A DNA stretch of 64,000 nt, from the IMG/VR virus record IMGVR_UViG_3300048582_000136, positions 1 to 64,000 of that record. The stretch is one strand, 5' to 3'. How positions within the stretch are numbered: the first letter of the stretch is position 1; the number at the start of each line of letters is the position of its first letter. A model generated the notes under the pieces. It made no database searches. It was not told where the DNA came from and worked only from the letters and a program-made list of their open reading frames with translations. The stretch comes from a virus. Below are positions 1 to 8,521 of this stretch, piece after piece. The position numbers and the translations under genes were made by a program.

Positions 1-2
1 TG

Positions 3-152
3 CAAGAGCGCGAGCAACGCGGGCGGAACGGGGCGCTGCGGGAGGCGGCTGACGAATGGCTTAATGTGCGCGCCGAGGGCAGATTGGTTATGGGGGCGCT
101 CATTGCTTATTCTGACCGCATCCGCGCTCTGATCCAGGAGGCCCCGCAATGA
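3..152 (+). CDS. 3' end of small phage hypothetical protein (5' truncated by window)
   Basis: Open frame QEREQRGRNGALREAADEWL...RIRALIQEAPQ* ending in an ATGA overlap with the next mini-ORF. Confidence 0.5.
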   Translation, partial: QEREQRGRNGALREAADEWLNVRAEGRLVMGALIAYSDRIRALIQEAPQ

Positions 153-210
153 CACCGCAAGAACTGGCCGACCACGCCGCCAGGATCGCCGCGCAGTTGG
201 AGGGGATGGG

Positions 211-546
211 ATGAGGGATCGTGCGGAGCCAAATTTTGGCCACCATTATTCCCATTGCTACGGCGTCCATATCGACGGATGGGGCGACGGTCCGTTGCTG
301 ATCCGTTACAACGAACGCGAATGGTGGTTTGAATTTTCCGAAATGTGGGGGCCAACGCTTCTGCGGAAGCGCGATCTGCAACCATCTGAAAAGCAGCCGA
401 TACGCGAAGATGACCCGTTCTGGGCACCATTTCAGTTGTGGATGTCCGGCGGAAGGCGTTGCCGCGCCGTCTGGTCTCGCGCAACGCGACATCCGCGCCG
501 CATTAAATACTGGGTTTGCCACGTCCCGAAAGTGCACAAGCCATGA
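211..546 (+). CDS. hypothetical protein (Trp/Arg-rich)
   Basis: 111-aa ORF; GGAGG upstream; ATGA overlaps at both ends. Confidence 0.6.
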   Translation: MRDRAEPNFGHHYSHCYGVHIDGWGDGPLLIRYNEREWWFEFSEMWGPTLLRKRDLQPSEKQPIREDDPFWAPFQLWMSGGRRCRAVWSRATRHPRRIKYWVCHVPKVHKP

Positions 547-569
547 CCGCCCGCGCCATTGGAGGTAGA

Positions 570-845
570 ATGATGGGCCAATGGAAAGCCTACTTCCCCG
601 AAGATGGAGAGACCGCCGAGGACGCGCGGGAAATCAAGCCCCGCTATGACTGGCAGTCTCCCTTCTATGATGCCCGACACGCCGCCAGGCGCGCATGCGA
701 ATTTGATTACGATGAGCGCCATGGATGGGACCGCAGCCGAGACACCAGATTCCTGATCGTCATCATCGATCCGAAAGGCGTGCATCACAGCTTCAACGCT
801 TGGCATGAGCCAACGATTGACCACCTGGTCGAGGAGATCAAATGA
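570..845 (+). CDS. hypothetical phage protein
   Basis: GGAGG at 561-565 before ATG 570 (alternative start 543); in frame with ORF 516..845. Confidence 0.65.
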   Translation: MMGQWKAYFPEDGETAEDAREIKPRYDWQSPFYDARHAARRACEFDYDERHGWDRSRDTRFLIVIIDPKGVHHSFNAWHEPTIDHLVEEIK

Positions 846-945
846 TCCCCATCCCCCGATACCTCTTCGAATTCTACTCCCACATTTGGGGAAAAGAATT
901 CGTCAGTAAGATCTGGTTTCCAGCTCCTCTCTGAAAGCTTCCCCC

Positions 946-1428
946 ATGTCCTACATGTCTCCTGTCGTCATTGCCCACCAGGCTGGGCAGGTCACTCGAT
1001 ACCACACCAATCCAGTGGTTTCTCGACTGAACCAGACCACGGCCGATCACAGCCATGGCGTGATCATGATACTCCTCAAGCTTCATCCAAACCCAAGCCG
1101 TAATCTCCTGGCTCAAGCTGCGGTCCACGACTCTGGTGAACGTTGGGCAGGGGATCTTCCATACCCTTTCAAGAAAGCCAACCCTGAAGCTGCTGCGGCT
1201 CATCATGAAACCGAAGTGCGGTTGGCAATCGAACACGAAATCCCACAGTTCCATCACGACCTCACCATGGAAGACCAGAAATGGCTCTTCTTCGCTGACA
1301 AGCTCGAATCCTACCTCTACGTCCAGATCTTCTGTCCCTGGATCCAAGTCGGCAACGGCTGGCCTGAACAGAAAGACATGCTTCTCCGGATGGCTCAAGA
1401 GCTCGGTATCAACCAGGAAATCTTCTGA
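946..1428 (+). CDS. HD-domain phosphohydrolase (YfbR-like 5'-deoxynucleotidase family)
   Basis: R-Y-H...QTTADHS...HDSGE...GDLP...ADKLE, the typical YfbR/HD motif set. Confidence 0.8.
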   Translation: MSYMSPVVIAHQAGQVTRYHTNPVVSRLNQTTADHSHGVIMILLKLHPNPSRNLLAQAAVHDSGERWAGDLPYPFKKANPEAAAAHHETEVRLAIEHEIPQFHHDLTMEDQKWLFFADKLESYLYVQIFCPWIQVGNGWPEQKDMLLRMAQELGINQEIF

Positions 1429-1952
1429 TGGACATCATCTTCGACATCGACGGCACTCTTGCCGATGCTACCCACCGGCTGCACTTCATCAAGGACATGG
1501 CTTTCTGGACGTCCAAGGAAGGGCGTGTTCCCACCCCTGACTGGGATACCTTCCTCTCAGATGAGATGGTCTCCAAGGATGCTCCCATCCCCCAGACCTG
1601 GCAGATGCTGACCCTTCTCCTCATGGGCGGCAACAACCGGATCTACTTCATCACCGGCCGCCCGGAAGCCCAACGCCAGACCACCTACGACTGGCTCACA
1701 GATACCAGCTGTCCGGTCCGCTCCCAAGCTGCTCTCCTGATGAAGGATCATCCCTATGGTCGGATCCCCCAGATGGAGATGCGAACCACAGGTGATCGCC
1801 GGCCGAGTCACATCGTCAAGGAAGAGCGCCTGCAGCAAATCCGCTTCCGGGGAGCCAACCCTACCATGGTCTTCGAAGACCGGGCTGACGACACCGCCAT
1901 GTGGCGTCGCAACGGGCTCCTGTGCTGCCAGGTCGCAGAAGGAAACTACTGA
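1428..1952 (+). CDS. HAD-family phosphatase (polynucleotide kinase 3'-phosphatase-like domain)
   Basis: DIDGTLA motif I, ITGRPE motif II, K, FEDR motif IV; TGATG coupling. Confidence 0.85.
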   Translation: MDIIFDIDGTLADATHRLHFIKDMAFWTSKEGRVPTPDWDTFLSDEMVSKDAPIPQTWQMLTLLLMGGNNRIYFITGRPEAQRQTTYDWLTDTSCPVRSQAALLMKDHPYGRIPQMEMRTTGDRRPSHIVKEERLQQIRFRGANPTMVFEDRADDTAMWRRNGLLCCQVAEGNY

Positions 1953-2173
1953 TGATCGACACCAGCCTGACTCACTGCTCCTGCTGTGGAGCCAAGCTGG
2001 CCGTGATCGATAGTCGCCGGAGAGCCTATGGCAACGTCCAGGCTGTCTGGCGCCGTCGTCGTTGTGTCGACTGCAAGACCTACTCCCACACCGTGGAGAT
2101 GCCGGCAAAGCTGGCTCGTAAAGTTCTGCATGCTACCGCCACTCAACCCGTCCCTCTAGGTAAGATCACATGA
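1952..2173 (+). CDS. NrdR-like zinc-ribbon protein, no ATP cone
   Basis: CSCC...VIDSR...WRRRRCVDC...TVE matches the NrdR N-terminal ribbon pattern CxxC-VxDSR-RRRRxCxxC-TxE; TGATG overlap. Confidence 0.75.
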   Translation: MIDTSLTHCSCCGAKLAVIDSRRRAYGNVQAVWRRRRCVDCKTYSHTVEMPAKLARKVLHATATQPVPLGKIT

Positions 2174-2379
2174 CCAACCCTCTCCCCCAGGGACCAATCG
2201 AAGAGTCCCTTACCCACTGCAGCTGTGGTGCCAAGTTCAATGTCGTCAACAGCCGGGTGCATATCATCCAGGGCTTGCAGACTGTCTACCGTCGCAAGAC
2301 CTGTCCCACCTGCAAGACCAGCAAAAGCACCTATGAGCTCGAGCGCACGCTCGTACTCGATGTCTTGGGCGAAGCCTAG
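2170..2379 (+). CDS. second NrdR-like zinc-ribbon protein (paralogue)
   Basis: SLTHCSCGAK...VVNSR...YRRKTCPTC...TYE; shares SLTHCSC(C)GAK with the preceding gene. Confidence 0.7.
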   Translation: MTNPLPQGPIEESLTHCSCGAKFNVVNSRVHIIQGLQTVYRRKTCPTCKTSKSTYELERTLVLDVLGEA

Positions 2380-2436
2380 CTTCTGCCCTTTTCCTGGTGT
2401 TTTTTCGTTCCCCTGAACCCTCACAGGATCCCAACC

Positions 2437-2913
2437 ATGCGTACTCTTCTTGCCTCCGCTCTTCTCGCGGCCGTCCCTGCTTCACCCTCGTTGGCTGAAG
2501 AAAGCTTCCTTCTCTACTCCAAAGGCGCATGGGAAGTGCACTACACCATCATAAATGGTGTCCCCACTTGCTCGGCTTCAGTCGCCGGAGATGGAGTCTA
2601 TTTCTCCCTCGACACCACCGTCATGGGTCTCCATGCCTGGTACATTTCCCAAGACAACAACTTCGGTCCAAACATCGTCACCGGCAACATGGCCGTATGG
2701 ATCGACAACTATCCATCCTGGAACACCCCAGCTGAGGCCTCGCAAAACTGGGTCTACATGCAGAACCTGCACACAGACTTCCTGCGCCAGATCCTTAACG
2801 GCAATCGTTTGTGGATCGACCAAGAGGCAGATGGTCGTTGGGACGCCTGGTTCTCTCTCGATGGATCCACGGCCGCCCTCTACGCCCTGTCCGACTGCAA
2901 ACAGAAGCTCTGA
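2437..2913 (+). CDS. putative secreted/periplasmic protein
   Basis: Sec signal peptide MRTLLASALLAAVPASPSLA|EE; two Cys; beta-rich. Confidence 0.7.
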   Translation: MRTLLASALLAAVPASPSLAEESFLLYSKGAWEVHYTIINGVPTCSASVAGDGVYFSLDTTVMGLHAWYISQDNNFGPNIVTGNMAVWIDNYPSWNTPAEASQNWVYMQNLHTDFLRQILNGNRLWIDQEADGRWDAWFSLDGSTAALYALSDCKQKL

Positions 2914-2924
2914 AGGAGACTACT

Positions 2925-3323
2925 ATGTTCGACGGCTTCTGGTATCGCTGCGAAGTGAAACATTGCTCGGTCGCTGACGAGTGGGGTGACCATGACTACA
3001 CCTCTACCGAGATCGTCTGGACCAAGTTCGCAGTCATCAGAGAAACTCCGAAAGGGGTCTGGCTCACCCCAGTTCCCCTCTCCTACACAGATCCTGATGC
3101 TCTGCATGGCAAAGACCGGCATTTCAAGAATCTGGTCCTCGGCAACTCAAACAAGCAGCTCGCCTGTCCCACCAGAGAGCTGGCTTTGGCCGATGCCATC
3201 GCTCGCAAAGAGCGCCACATCGCTGGCTGTCAGGCCCGACTCTATCGAGCTCAGGAAGATTTTCGAGTCCTCAAAGGCGAGTCTTTTCGGCTCGCAGAGC
3301 CCATGTTTGAAGGAGTAGCCTGA
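2925..3323 (+). CDS. hypothetical phage protein
   Basis: AAGGAG RBS before ATG 2925; ETPKGVW motif common in phage small proteins. Confidence 0.7.
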   Translation: MFDGFWYRCEVKHCSVADEWGDHDYTSTEIVWTKFAVIRETPKGVWLTPVPLSYTDPDALHGKDRHFKNLVLGNSNKQLACPTRELALADAIARKERHIAGCQARLYRAQEDFRVLKGESFRLAEPMFEGVA

Positions 3324-3520
3324 TGGGCGAACACCCAAAAGACCTCCACAAGCTCTTCATGATCGATGATGACACCGTCTTCGTCCGAGAACAACTCCAC
3401 CAGATGGGTCTAACTCTACGCCAAGGGCTTGCAGCTGGTGCCCAAGGGTTTCAGCTTGAGCTTAACGCCAAGACCGCGGCACACCTGGCCAACATCCTCA
3501 TCATCGATGATGGCGGATAA
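3323..3520 (+). CDS. hypothetical protein
   Basis: 65-aa ORF with TGATG coupling and AAGGAG RBS. Confidence 0.6.
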   Translation: MGEHPKDLHKLFMIDDDTVFVREQLHQMGLTLRQGLAAGAQGFQLELNAKTAAHLANILIIDDGG

Positions 3521-3631
3521 TCCTCAAAGATCAGCTTGATCTTCTGCTGATCCTGTGGGATCAGATCGGTCTGTTTTGTGGGTTTCGTGGTTCTTGGAAT
3601 CACGAGACCAACCACAGATCGAGAAAGACCC

Positions 3632-3805
3632 ATGATCAAAAAATCCACCAACTGGCCTCGATACTCGCATGACGAAAGCCAAATCTGCACTTTTTGTGCA
3701 GGTAATGGATTCGTTCCTGCCATATCCAACTTCCCTCCCATCAAAACTTGCGCTGCCTGTGCCGGTTCTGGGTGTGTGACCCACTTCGAAAGGAAACCCG
3801 CATGA
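3632..3805 (+). CDS. small DnaJ-type CxxCxGxG zinc-finger protein
   Basis: CTFCAGNG and CAACAGSG repeats. Confidence 0.65.
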   Translation: MIKKSTNWPRYSHDESQICTFCAGNGFVPAISNFPPIKTCAACAGSGCVTHFERKPA

Positions 3806-4134
3806 ACGTCGAAGAGATGTATGCCACTGCCCGCCGCCTCAAGCAGCTCATGATCGACAAGGGCTACGGCTCTGCCAGAGTGAGCATCTCAGTCCAATAC
3901 ATCGGGGCCCCCCTGGTAATCTTTCTCGAGACCGGTGGAGGCCGATCCAATCCTCTCATGGGCAAGGCTACCGTTGAAGGGCTTGGTCGCCTCATCGAGA
4001 TGGCTGAAGACTGGATCGCAGATCTTCCCGATCAGATGATCGTCAAGCGGGAAGAGTTCTACAAGCTCGTCGAGAGTCTTTCCTCCCGTGCTGAGGAACT
4101 CGGCATCGAGCTGCCGGTCAAACTGGCCAGCTGA
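3802..4134 (+). CDS. hypothetical protein
   Basis: AAGGA RBS; ATGA overlap. Confidence 0.65.
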   Translation: MNVEEMYATARRLKQLMIDKGYGSARVSISVQYIGAPLVIFLETGGGRSNPLMGKATVEGLGRLIEMAEDWIADLPDQMIVKREEFYKLVESLSSRAEELGIELPVKLAS

Positions 4135-4391
4135 TGGTTTACGTTGACCCAGCTCGGCATCCCTATGGCCGCATGCTCATGTGCCACATGATGGCCGATA
4201 CGACTGAAGAGCTTTTGCTCATGGCAGATCGCATCGGCGTTCAGCGCAAGTGGATCCAGAAACCTGGAACCGCTTATGAGCATTTCGACATCGCAAAAAA
4301 CAAGCGTGAGCTTGCTGTTGCTGCCGGAGCCAAGGAAGTCTCAAGCATGGATTTGGGTCGGCTCATCCGCAAACGAAAGGCCAATCCATGA
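4134..4391 (+). CDS. DUF4031-family protein
   Basis: MVYVD...CHMMADT.EEL...A.RIG..RKW.Q...HFDI signature. Confidence 0.8.
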   Translation: MVYVDPARHPYGRMLMCHMMADTTEELLLMADRIGVQRKWIQKPGTAYEHFDIAKNKRELAVAAGAKEVSSMDLGRLIRKRKANP

Positions 4392-4768
4392 CTGTCATCG
4401 CATCCGTCCTCTGTCTCGCCATGAACATCTATGGCGAGGCCAGAGGAGAGTCCCTCGAGGGCCAGATGGCTGTCGCCCAGGTGACGCTCAACCGGGTCGA
4501 GCACCCCGCTTATCCCGACGACGTCTGTTCTGTGGTGTTCCAGGAGAGCCAATTCTCCTGGACCAGATCTCCCTTGGAGATCAACGAACCAGAAGCTTTC
4601 GCTACGTCACTTCAAGTGGCTGGCCAGGTCCTTTTCGATCGGCCAGAGGATCTGACGCACGGATCGACCCATTTCTACTCGGGAAAAAGGGTTCCTTCCT
4701 GGGCACATCGTCTCGATCGCGTTGGTAGGATCGACAACCATACCTTCTTTCGGTTGCCTCGATCCTGA
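4388..4768 (+). CDS. SleB-like cell wall hydrolase (Hydrolase_2)
   Basis: CLAMNIYGEARGE...AVAQVTLNRV...CSVVFQ..QFSW...I.NHTF. Confidence 0.9.
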   Translation: MTVIASVLCLAMNIYGEARGESLEGQMAVAQVTLNRVEHPAYPDDVCSVVFQESQFSWTRSPLEINEPEAFATSLQVAGQVLFDRPEDLTHGSTHFYSGKRVPSWAHRLDRVGRIDNHTFFRLPRS

Positions 4769-4879
4769 TGGGCTCGACCCACAGGAAGGGGTTGTCTTTC
4801 CTTTTTGATCAGATATAGCCCCCGCCCCAAAGGTCACACCCCTTGACCTAAACTGACAAGTTCACATTCGGAGACCGCC

Positions 4880-5233
4880 ATGCAAGAGACCAAACACGAG
4901 AAGTTTCTGCGGCTGATGAAAGCCCGTCTCGAACGTGCTCTGGAAGATTTCCGGCTGATCTCTCAGCTGGCATCCACCAACTACCGCAACACCCCCGAAG
5001 AGGCCTATGAGGCGATCACGATCCTCGATCGAGCCCTGAAAGCCACCGCGGCGTCCTTCGGCATCGGCTACCGATCCTGGGTCCAGGATCCCCGCAAGGC
5101 GAAGGACTTCGCCCCGCAGCTCGGTGAGATCAACGAGATCGACGCCGCCAAATCCATCGCCTTCATCGAATCCGGCAACCCCCAATTTGCCATCGAACAA
5201 CTCAAAGCCGCCATCAACAAAGAGCCCCGATAG
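4880..5233 (+). CDS. hypothetical protein
   Basis: 117-aa ORF with GGAG RBS, directly upstream of the AAA ATPase. Confidence 0.7.
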   Translation: MQETKHEKFLRLMKARLERALEDFRLISQLASTNYRNTPEEAYEAITILDRALKATAASFGIGYRSWVQDPRKAKDFAPQLGEINEIDAAKSIAFIESGNPQFAIEQLKAAINKEPR

Positions 5234-5242
5234 GATCCTGTC

Positions 5243-6268
5243 ATGAACCTCGCCTACTCTCCCAAACAGATCTACGAAGAGATCGAAGTGACCACTGCTG
5301 TCGGCCTTGTGCCGATGATCGAAGGCTCTCCTGGCTCGTCCAAATCCGCCATCGTGGCCAAGTTCGCCAAGGACTACGCTCTGAAGCTGATCGACATCCG
5401 GCTCGGACAGTACATGCCTGAAGACCTCAACGGTCTGCCCATGCGGAACGGCGACAAAGCAGCCTTTGTGCCTTTCGACACCTTCCCAATCGAAGGGGAT
5501 CCAATCCCCCCAGGCTACCAAGGCTGGCTCATCTTCTTCGACGAGATCACCTCGGCCCAGAAGCCGACCCAAGCCGCCGCCTACAAAATCATCCTCGACA
5601 AGATGACGGGCAACAAGAAGCTTCACCCCAACGTCATCATGGTGGCGGCCGGCAACAAGTCGACCGACAAAGCTGTCGTGACCCAGATGAGCACCGCTCT
5701 GGCTTCTCGAATGGTCCACTACTCCCTCGAACCAACGGTGCAAGACTTCACCGAGTATGGTCTCCAGGCCGGCATCGATCAGCGAATCCTGGCTTTCGTT
5801 AACGAAGTCCCTTCCCGTCTGATGCGGTTCAACCCGGAGAAAGTCGGCCTTGACAAGACCTTCCCCTGCCCGCGGACCTGGGAATTCCTCTCCCGTCTGA
5901 TCAAGAACAAGCCTATCGAAGATCGCCACCTCGGCCGTCTTGCCGGAACCATCGGCCAAGGCACTGCCATCGAGTTCCTGACCTTCGTGAAGCTCTACGA
6001 CAAGCTGCCGAAGCTTCCAGACATTCTGGCCAATCCCCAGGCAGTCCCCGTGCCGGCCGAAGCAAGTGCCAAATACGCCACCATGTTCATGCTCGTGGAA
6101 CATGCCGATCTGCAAAACATCGATCCGATTGTCGAATACATCAAGAAGTTCGGCCTCGATCAGCAGATCGTCTTCTCCCGATCCCTGAACGCCAGGGATC
6201 GGACCATCGTCGAAAAGTCGACAACCTTCGCTCAATACATCAACTCCATCCTTAAATACATGAGCTGA
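5243..6268 (+). CDS. MoxR-like AAA+ ATPase (N4 gp24-like)
   Basis: Walker A GSPGSSKS, Walker B IFFDE, AAGN, PRTW; paired with a vWA gene. Confidence 0.9.
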   Translation: MNLAYSPKQIYEEIEVTTAVGLVPMIEGSPGSSKSAIVAKFAKDYALKLIDIRLGQYMPEDLNGLPMRNGDKAAFVPFDTFPIEGDPIPPGYQGWLIFFDEITSAQKPTQAAAYKIILDKMTGNKKLHPNVIMVAAGNKSTDKAVVTQMSTALASRMVHYSLEPTVQDFTEYGLQAGIDQRILAFVNEVPSRLMRFNPEKVGLDKTFPCPRTWEFLSRLIKNKPIEDRHLGRLAGTIGQGTAIEFLTFVKLYDKLPKLPDILANPQAVPVPAEASAKYATMFMLVEHADLQNIDPIVEYIKKFGLDQQIVFSRSLNARDRTIVEKSTTFAQYINSILKYMS

Positions 6269-6368
6269 TGTTACCCAGATCCGCTTGCTGCAGCAGGCGG
6301 CGGGGGGACGGGTATGAGTCTGGCTTAGCTTGTCTACCGTCCCCCCACACTCTTTCCAGGAGAACCTC

Positions 6369-6548
6369 ATGCCTCGTTATAATCATGCCTATGACTTCGC
6401 TTTCGAAGTGATCTCTGAAGATGAACAAGCCGAAGACGTCACTGCGGCCATGATTCGAGAAGCGCTTCTAAAGCGAGCCACAAATCTCAGTGACAAAGAA
6501 ATCATGGAAGCATGTAACTGCTGGGACACCAACAGGATCGAACAATGA
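6369..6548 (+). CDS. small acidic hypothetical protein
   Basis: AGGAG RBS; ATGA overlap with next gene. Confidence 0.6.
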   Translation: MPRYNHAYDFAFEVISEDEQAEDVTAAMIREALLKRATNLSDKEIMEACNCWDTNRIEQ

Positions 6549-7681
6549 ACGCCCTTCCCGATTCCGTCGACAAGCTCTTCGACATCACCAAAGGCAAGCT
6601 TTTCTTCGAGAAGTGTGCAGGCTTCTTCGGACCCCTTCTCTGCCAGCTCGAGTTCCACTGGACCCGTGACATCAAGACGGCTGCCATCTCAGCAACCACC
6701 CTCTACTGGAACCCTGACTTCTTCTTGTCGATCGACCCCAAGACCAGGGTCACTGTCCTGGCTCACGAGATCAAGCACAACGCTGACCTCGATGGCGCCC
6801 GCATGGGTAACCGGGATCCGGAGATCTGGAACCATGCCGCTGACCACGCCATCAACCTCTTCCTGAAAGAGCATGGCTACTACATGGACGGGTTCCCCTA
6901 CCTCATGGACCCGAAATACAAGGGTTGGGCCAGGGAAGACATCTATGATGACCTGGTCAAGCAGCAGAAGAAAGGCAACAAGCCTTTTCCGCCCAATCCC
7001 TTGGGCAATGACATTCGTAAGATCTCACCCGAAGAGCTACCAGCAGCTATCGCCACAGTAGCGGCCGCGGTTCAAACAGCCCGCATGTCAGGGAAGCCCG
7101 GATCCATCCCTGGAGACACGCTTGTCACCCTCGACAAGTTTCTCTTCCCCAAGCTTCCCTGGAACGTGATCCTCTTCAACTACTTCAATGCCCTGGTCCA
7201 GGATGACCGCTCCTACATGCGTCCCAGCCGGCGCCATGAAGAGATCATCATGCCAGGCAACATGGGCCGCTCTGGCCTCGAGCACCTCGTCTACGCTCTC
7301 GATCTTTCTGGCTCTACCACCGACGAGATGGTGAACCAATCTAACAACGAAGTCCGTCACATCCAGGAAGACCTGATGCCTGAGAGGCTGACGATGGTCA
7401 CCTTCGACACCAAGATCATCGACGAGTTCCATTTCGAGCGTGGTGATTCCTACCCCCCACTCAAGGTTCATGGCCGAGGGGGCACCGCTCTCGAACCGGT
7501 CTACGCATATGCTAAGAAACACGAAGCTACCGCGTTGATCATTCTGACTGATCTATTGGTCAGGATTCCGCCTGATCCGGGAATACCAGTCGTGTTTGTA
7601 TGTGTGGACAACCCCTCAGCATCTGTGCCATATGGGGTTGTGGTTCACATGGATACGACCACCGGATCAACCCCGATCTGA
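6545..7681 (+). CDS. metallopeptidase-vWA protein (DUF2201-like; N4 gp25-like)
   Basis: HEIKH zincin motif, WN.A.D.AIN, MIDAS DLSGS, GRGGT, LTD. Confidence 0.88.
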   Translation: MNALPDSVDKLFDITKGKLFFEKCAGFFGPLLCQLEFHWTRDIKTAAISATTLYWNPDFFLSIDPKTRVTVLAHEIKHNADLDGARMGNRDPEIWNHAADHAINLFLKEHGYYMDGFPYLMDPKYKGWAREDIYDDLVKQQKKGNKPFPPNPLGNDIRKISPEELPAAIATVAAAVQTARMSGKPGSIPGDTLVTLDKFLFPKLPWNVILFNYFNALVQDDRSYMRPSRRHEEIIMPGNMGRSGLEHLVYALDLSGSTTDEMVNQSNNEVRHIQEDLMPERLTMVTFDTKIIDEFHFERGDSYPPLKVHGRGGTALEPVYAYAKKHEATALIILTDLLVRIPPDPGIPVVFVCVDNPSASVPYGVVVHMDTTTGSTPI

Positions 7682-7703
7682 CCCACTTACCCTGCCTGAA
7701 CTT

Positions 7704-7727
7704 GGCTCCCCTTCGGGGGAGTCTTTT
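7704..7727 (+). terminator. rho-independent terminator
   Basis: CTCCCC-TTCG-GGGGAG hairpin followed by TCTTTT. Confidence 0.7.
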
Positions 7728-7751
7728 CTCGAATCACGAGTCTGCATACCC

Positions 7752-8198
7752 ATGATCATCAACCAAAGACACCTTATCGAGGTGCACCCCGTCTCCCCCA
7801 TGATGGCTGAGAAGCATAGGCTCCATGGGGTTTCCCATGGCCTCAGCGAAGCGGGCTACGACATCCGTATCAAGCAGGATGTCTGGCTCTTCCCCTTCAA
7901 GCGGTTCGCTCTCGCCTCTGCCATCGAGAAGTTCCGCATGCCCCACCATCTCGTGGGCATCGTGCATGACAAGTCCACCTGGGCTCGTCGTGGCCTCTCC
8001 GTCTTCAACACCGTCATCGAACCAGGTTGGAATGGCTTCCTGACCCTTGAGCTCGTCTACCACCGCTGGAAGCCTCTTCACATTCCAGCGGGCGCCGGCA
8101 TTGCCCAGGTCATCTTCCACCAGACCTCGAGCACGGCTGCCTACAACGGCAAATACCAGAACCAAGAGAACCGGCCGGTCAAGGCCATCACAGTTTGA
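7752..8198 (+). CDS. dcd: dCTP deaminase
   Basis: GYDIRI, DKSTWARRG, VIEPGWNGFLTLE, IAQVIF, Y.GKYQ.Q. Confidence 0.88.
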   Translation: MIINQRHLIEVHPVSPMMAEKHRLHGVSHGLSEAGYDIRIKQDVWLFPFKRFALASAIEKFRMPHHLVGIVHDKSTWARRGLSVFNTVIEPGWNGFLTLELVYHRWKPLHIPAGAGIAQVIFHQTSSTAAYNGKYQNQENRPVKAITV

Positions 8199-8521
8199 GG
8201 AGTCCCTTCGTGCAGTTTCCCGACATGACCGTCAACGGCATCACCGTCTCTCAGGAGGCGCAAATCGCCGCCTTGAGGCTCTTCCTTCAGAACGACAGCC
8301 GTCGTGCTCTGAATCTGGAATGCTTCCTGGAGGACGTTGGTGTCCCTGCCTGGAACGGTCTCAAAGGAGACCGGATCACCCCGCTCTACGTTTCCCCCGA
8401 AGCCGCTGACCGGCTCCTCAAGAGAGCCAAAGAGGCCGGCATCATCACCTTCGATCAGCAGACCCAGCGTTGGGCCAATGACCACGCTGCCGAAGCCTTC
8501 CTGCAAGGAACCGCTGCATGA
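8195..8521 (+). CDS. hypothetical protein
   Basis: ORF coupled between dcd and thyX; start uncertain (8195 or 8225). Confidence 0.55.
   Translation: MRSPFVQFPDMTVNGITVSQEAQIAALRLFLQNDSRRALNLECFLEDVGVPAWNGLKGDRITPLYVSPEAADRLLKRAKEAGIITFDQQTQRWANDHAAEAFLQGTAA

Noticed and set aside
946-1428. DatZ / Z-genome (2-aminoadenine) system, given the HD protein and DUF5664
   Set aside because: No PurZ in the window; both families are widespread without base modification. It cannot be excluded for the unseen part of the genome.
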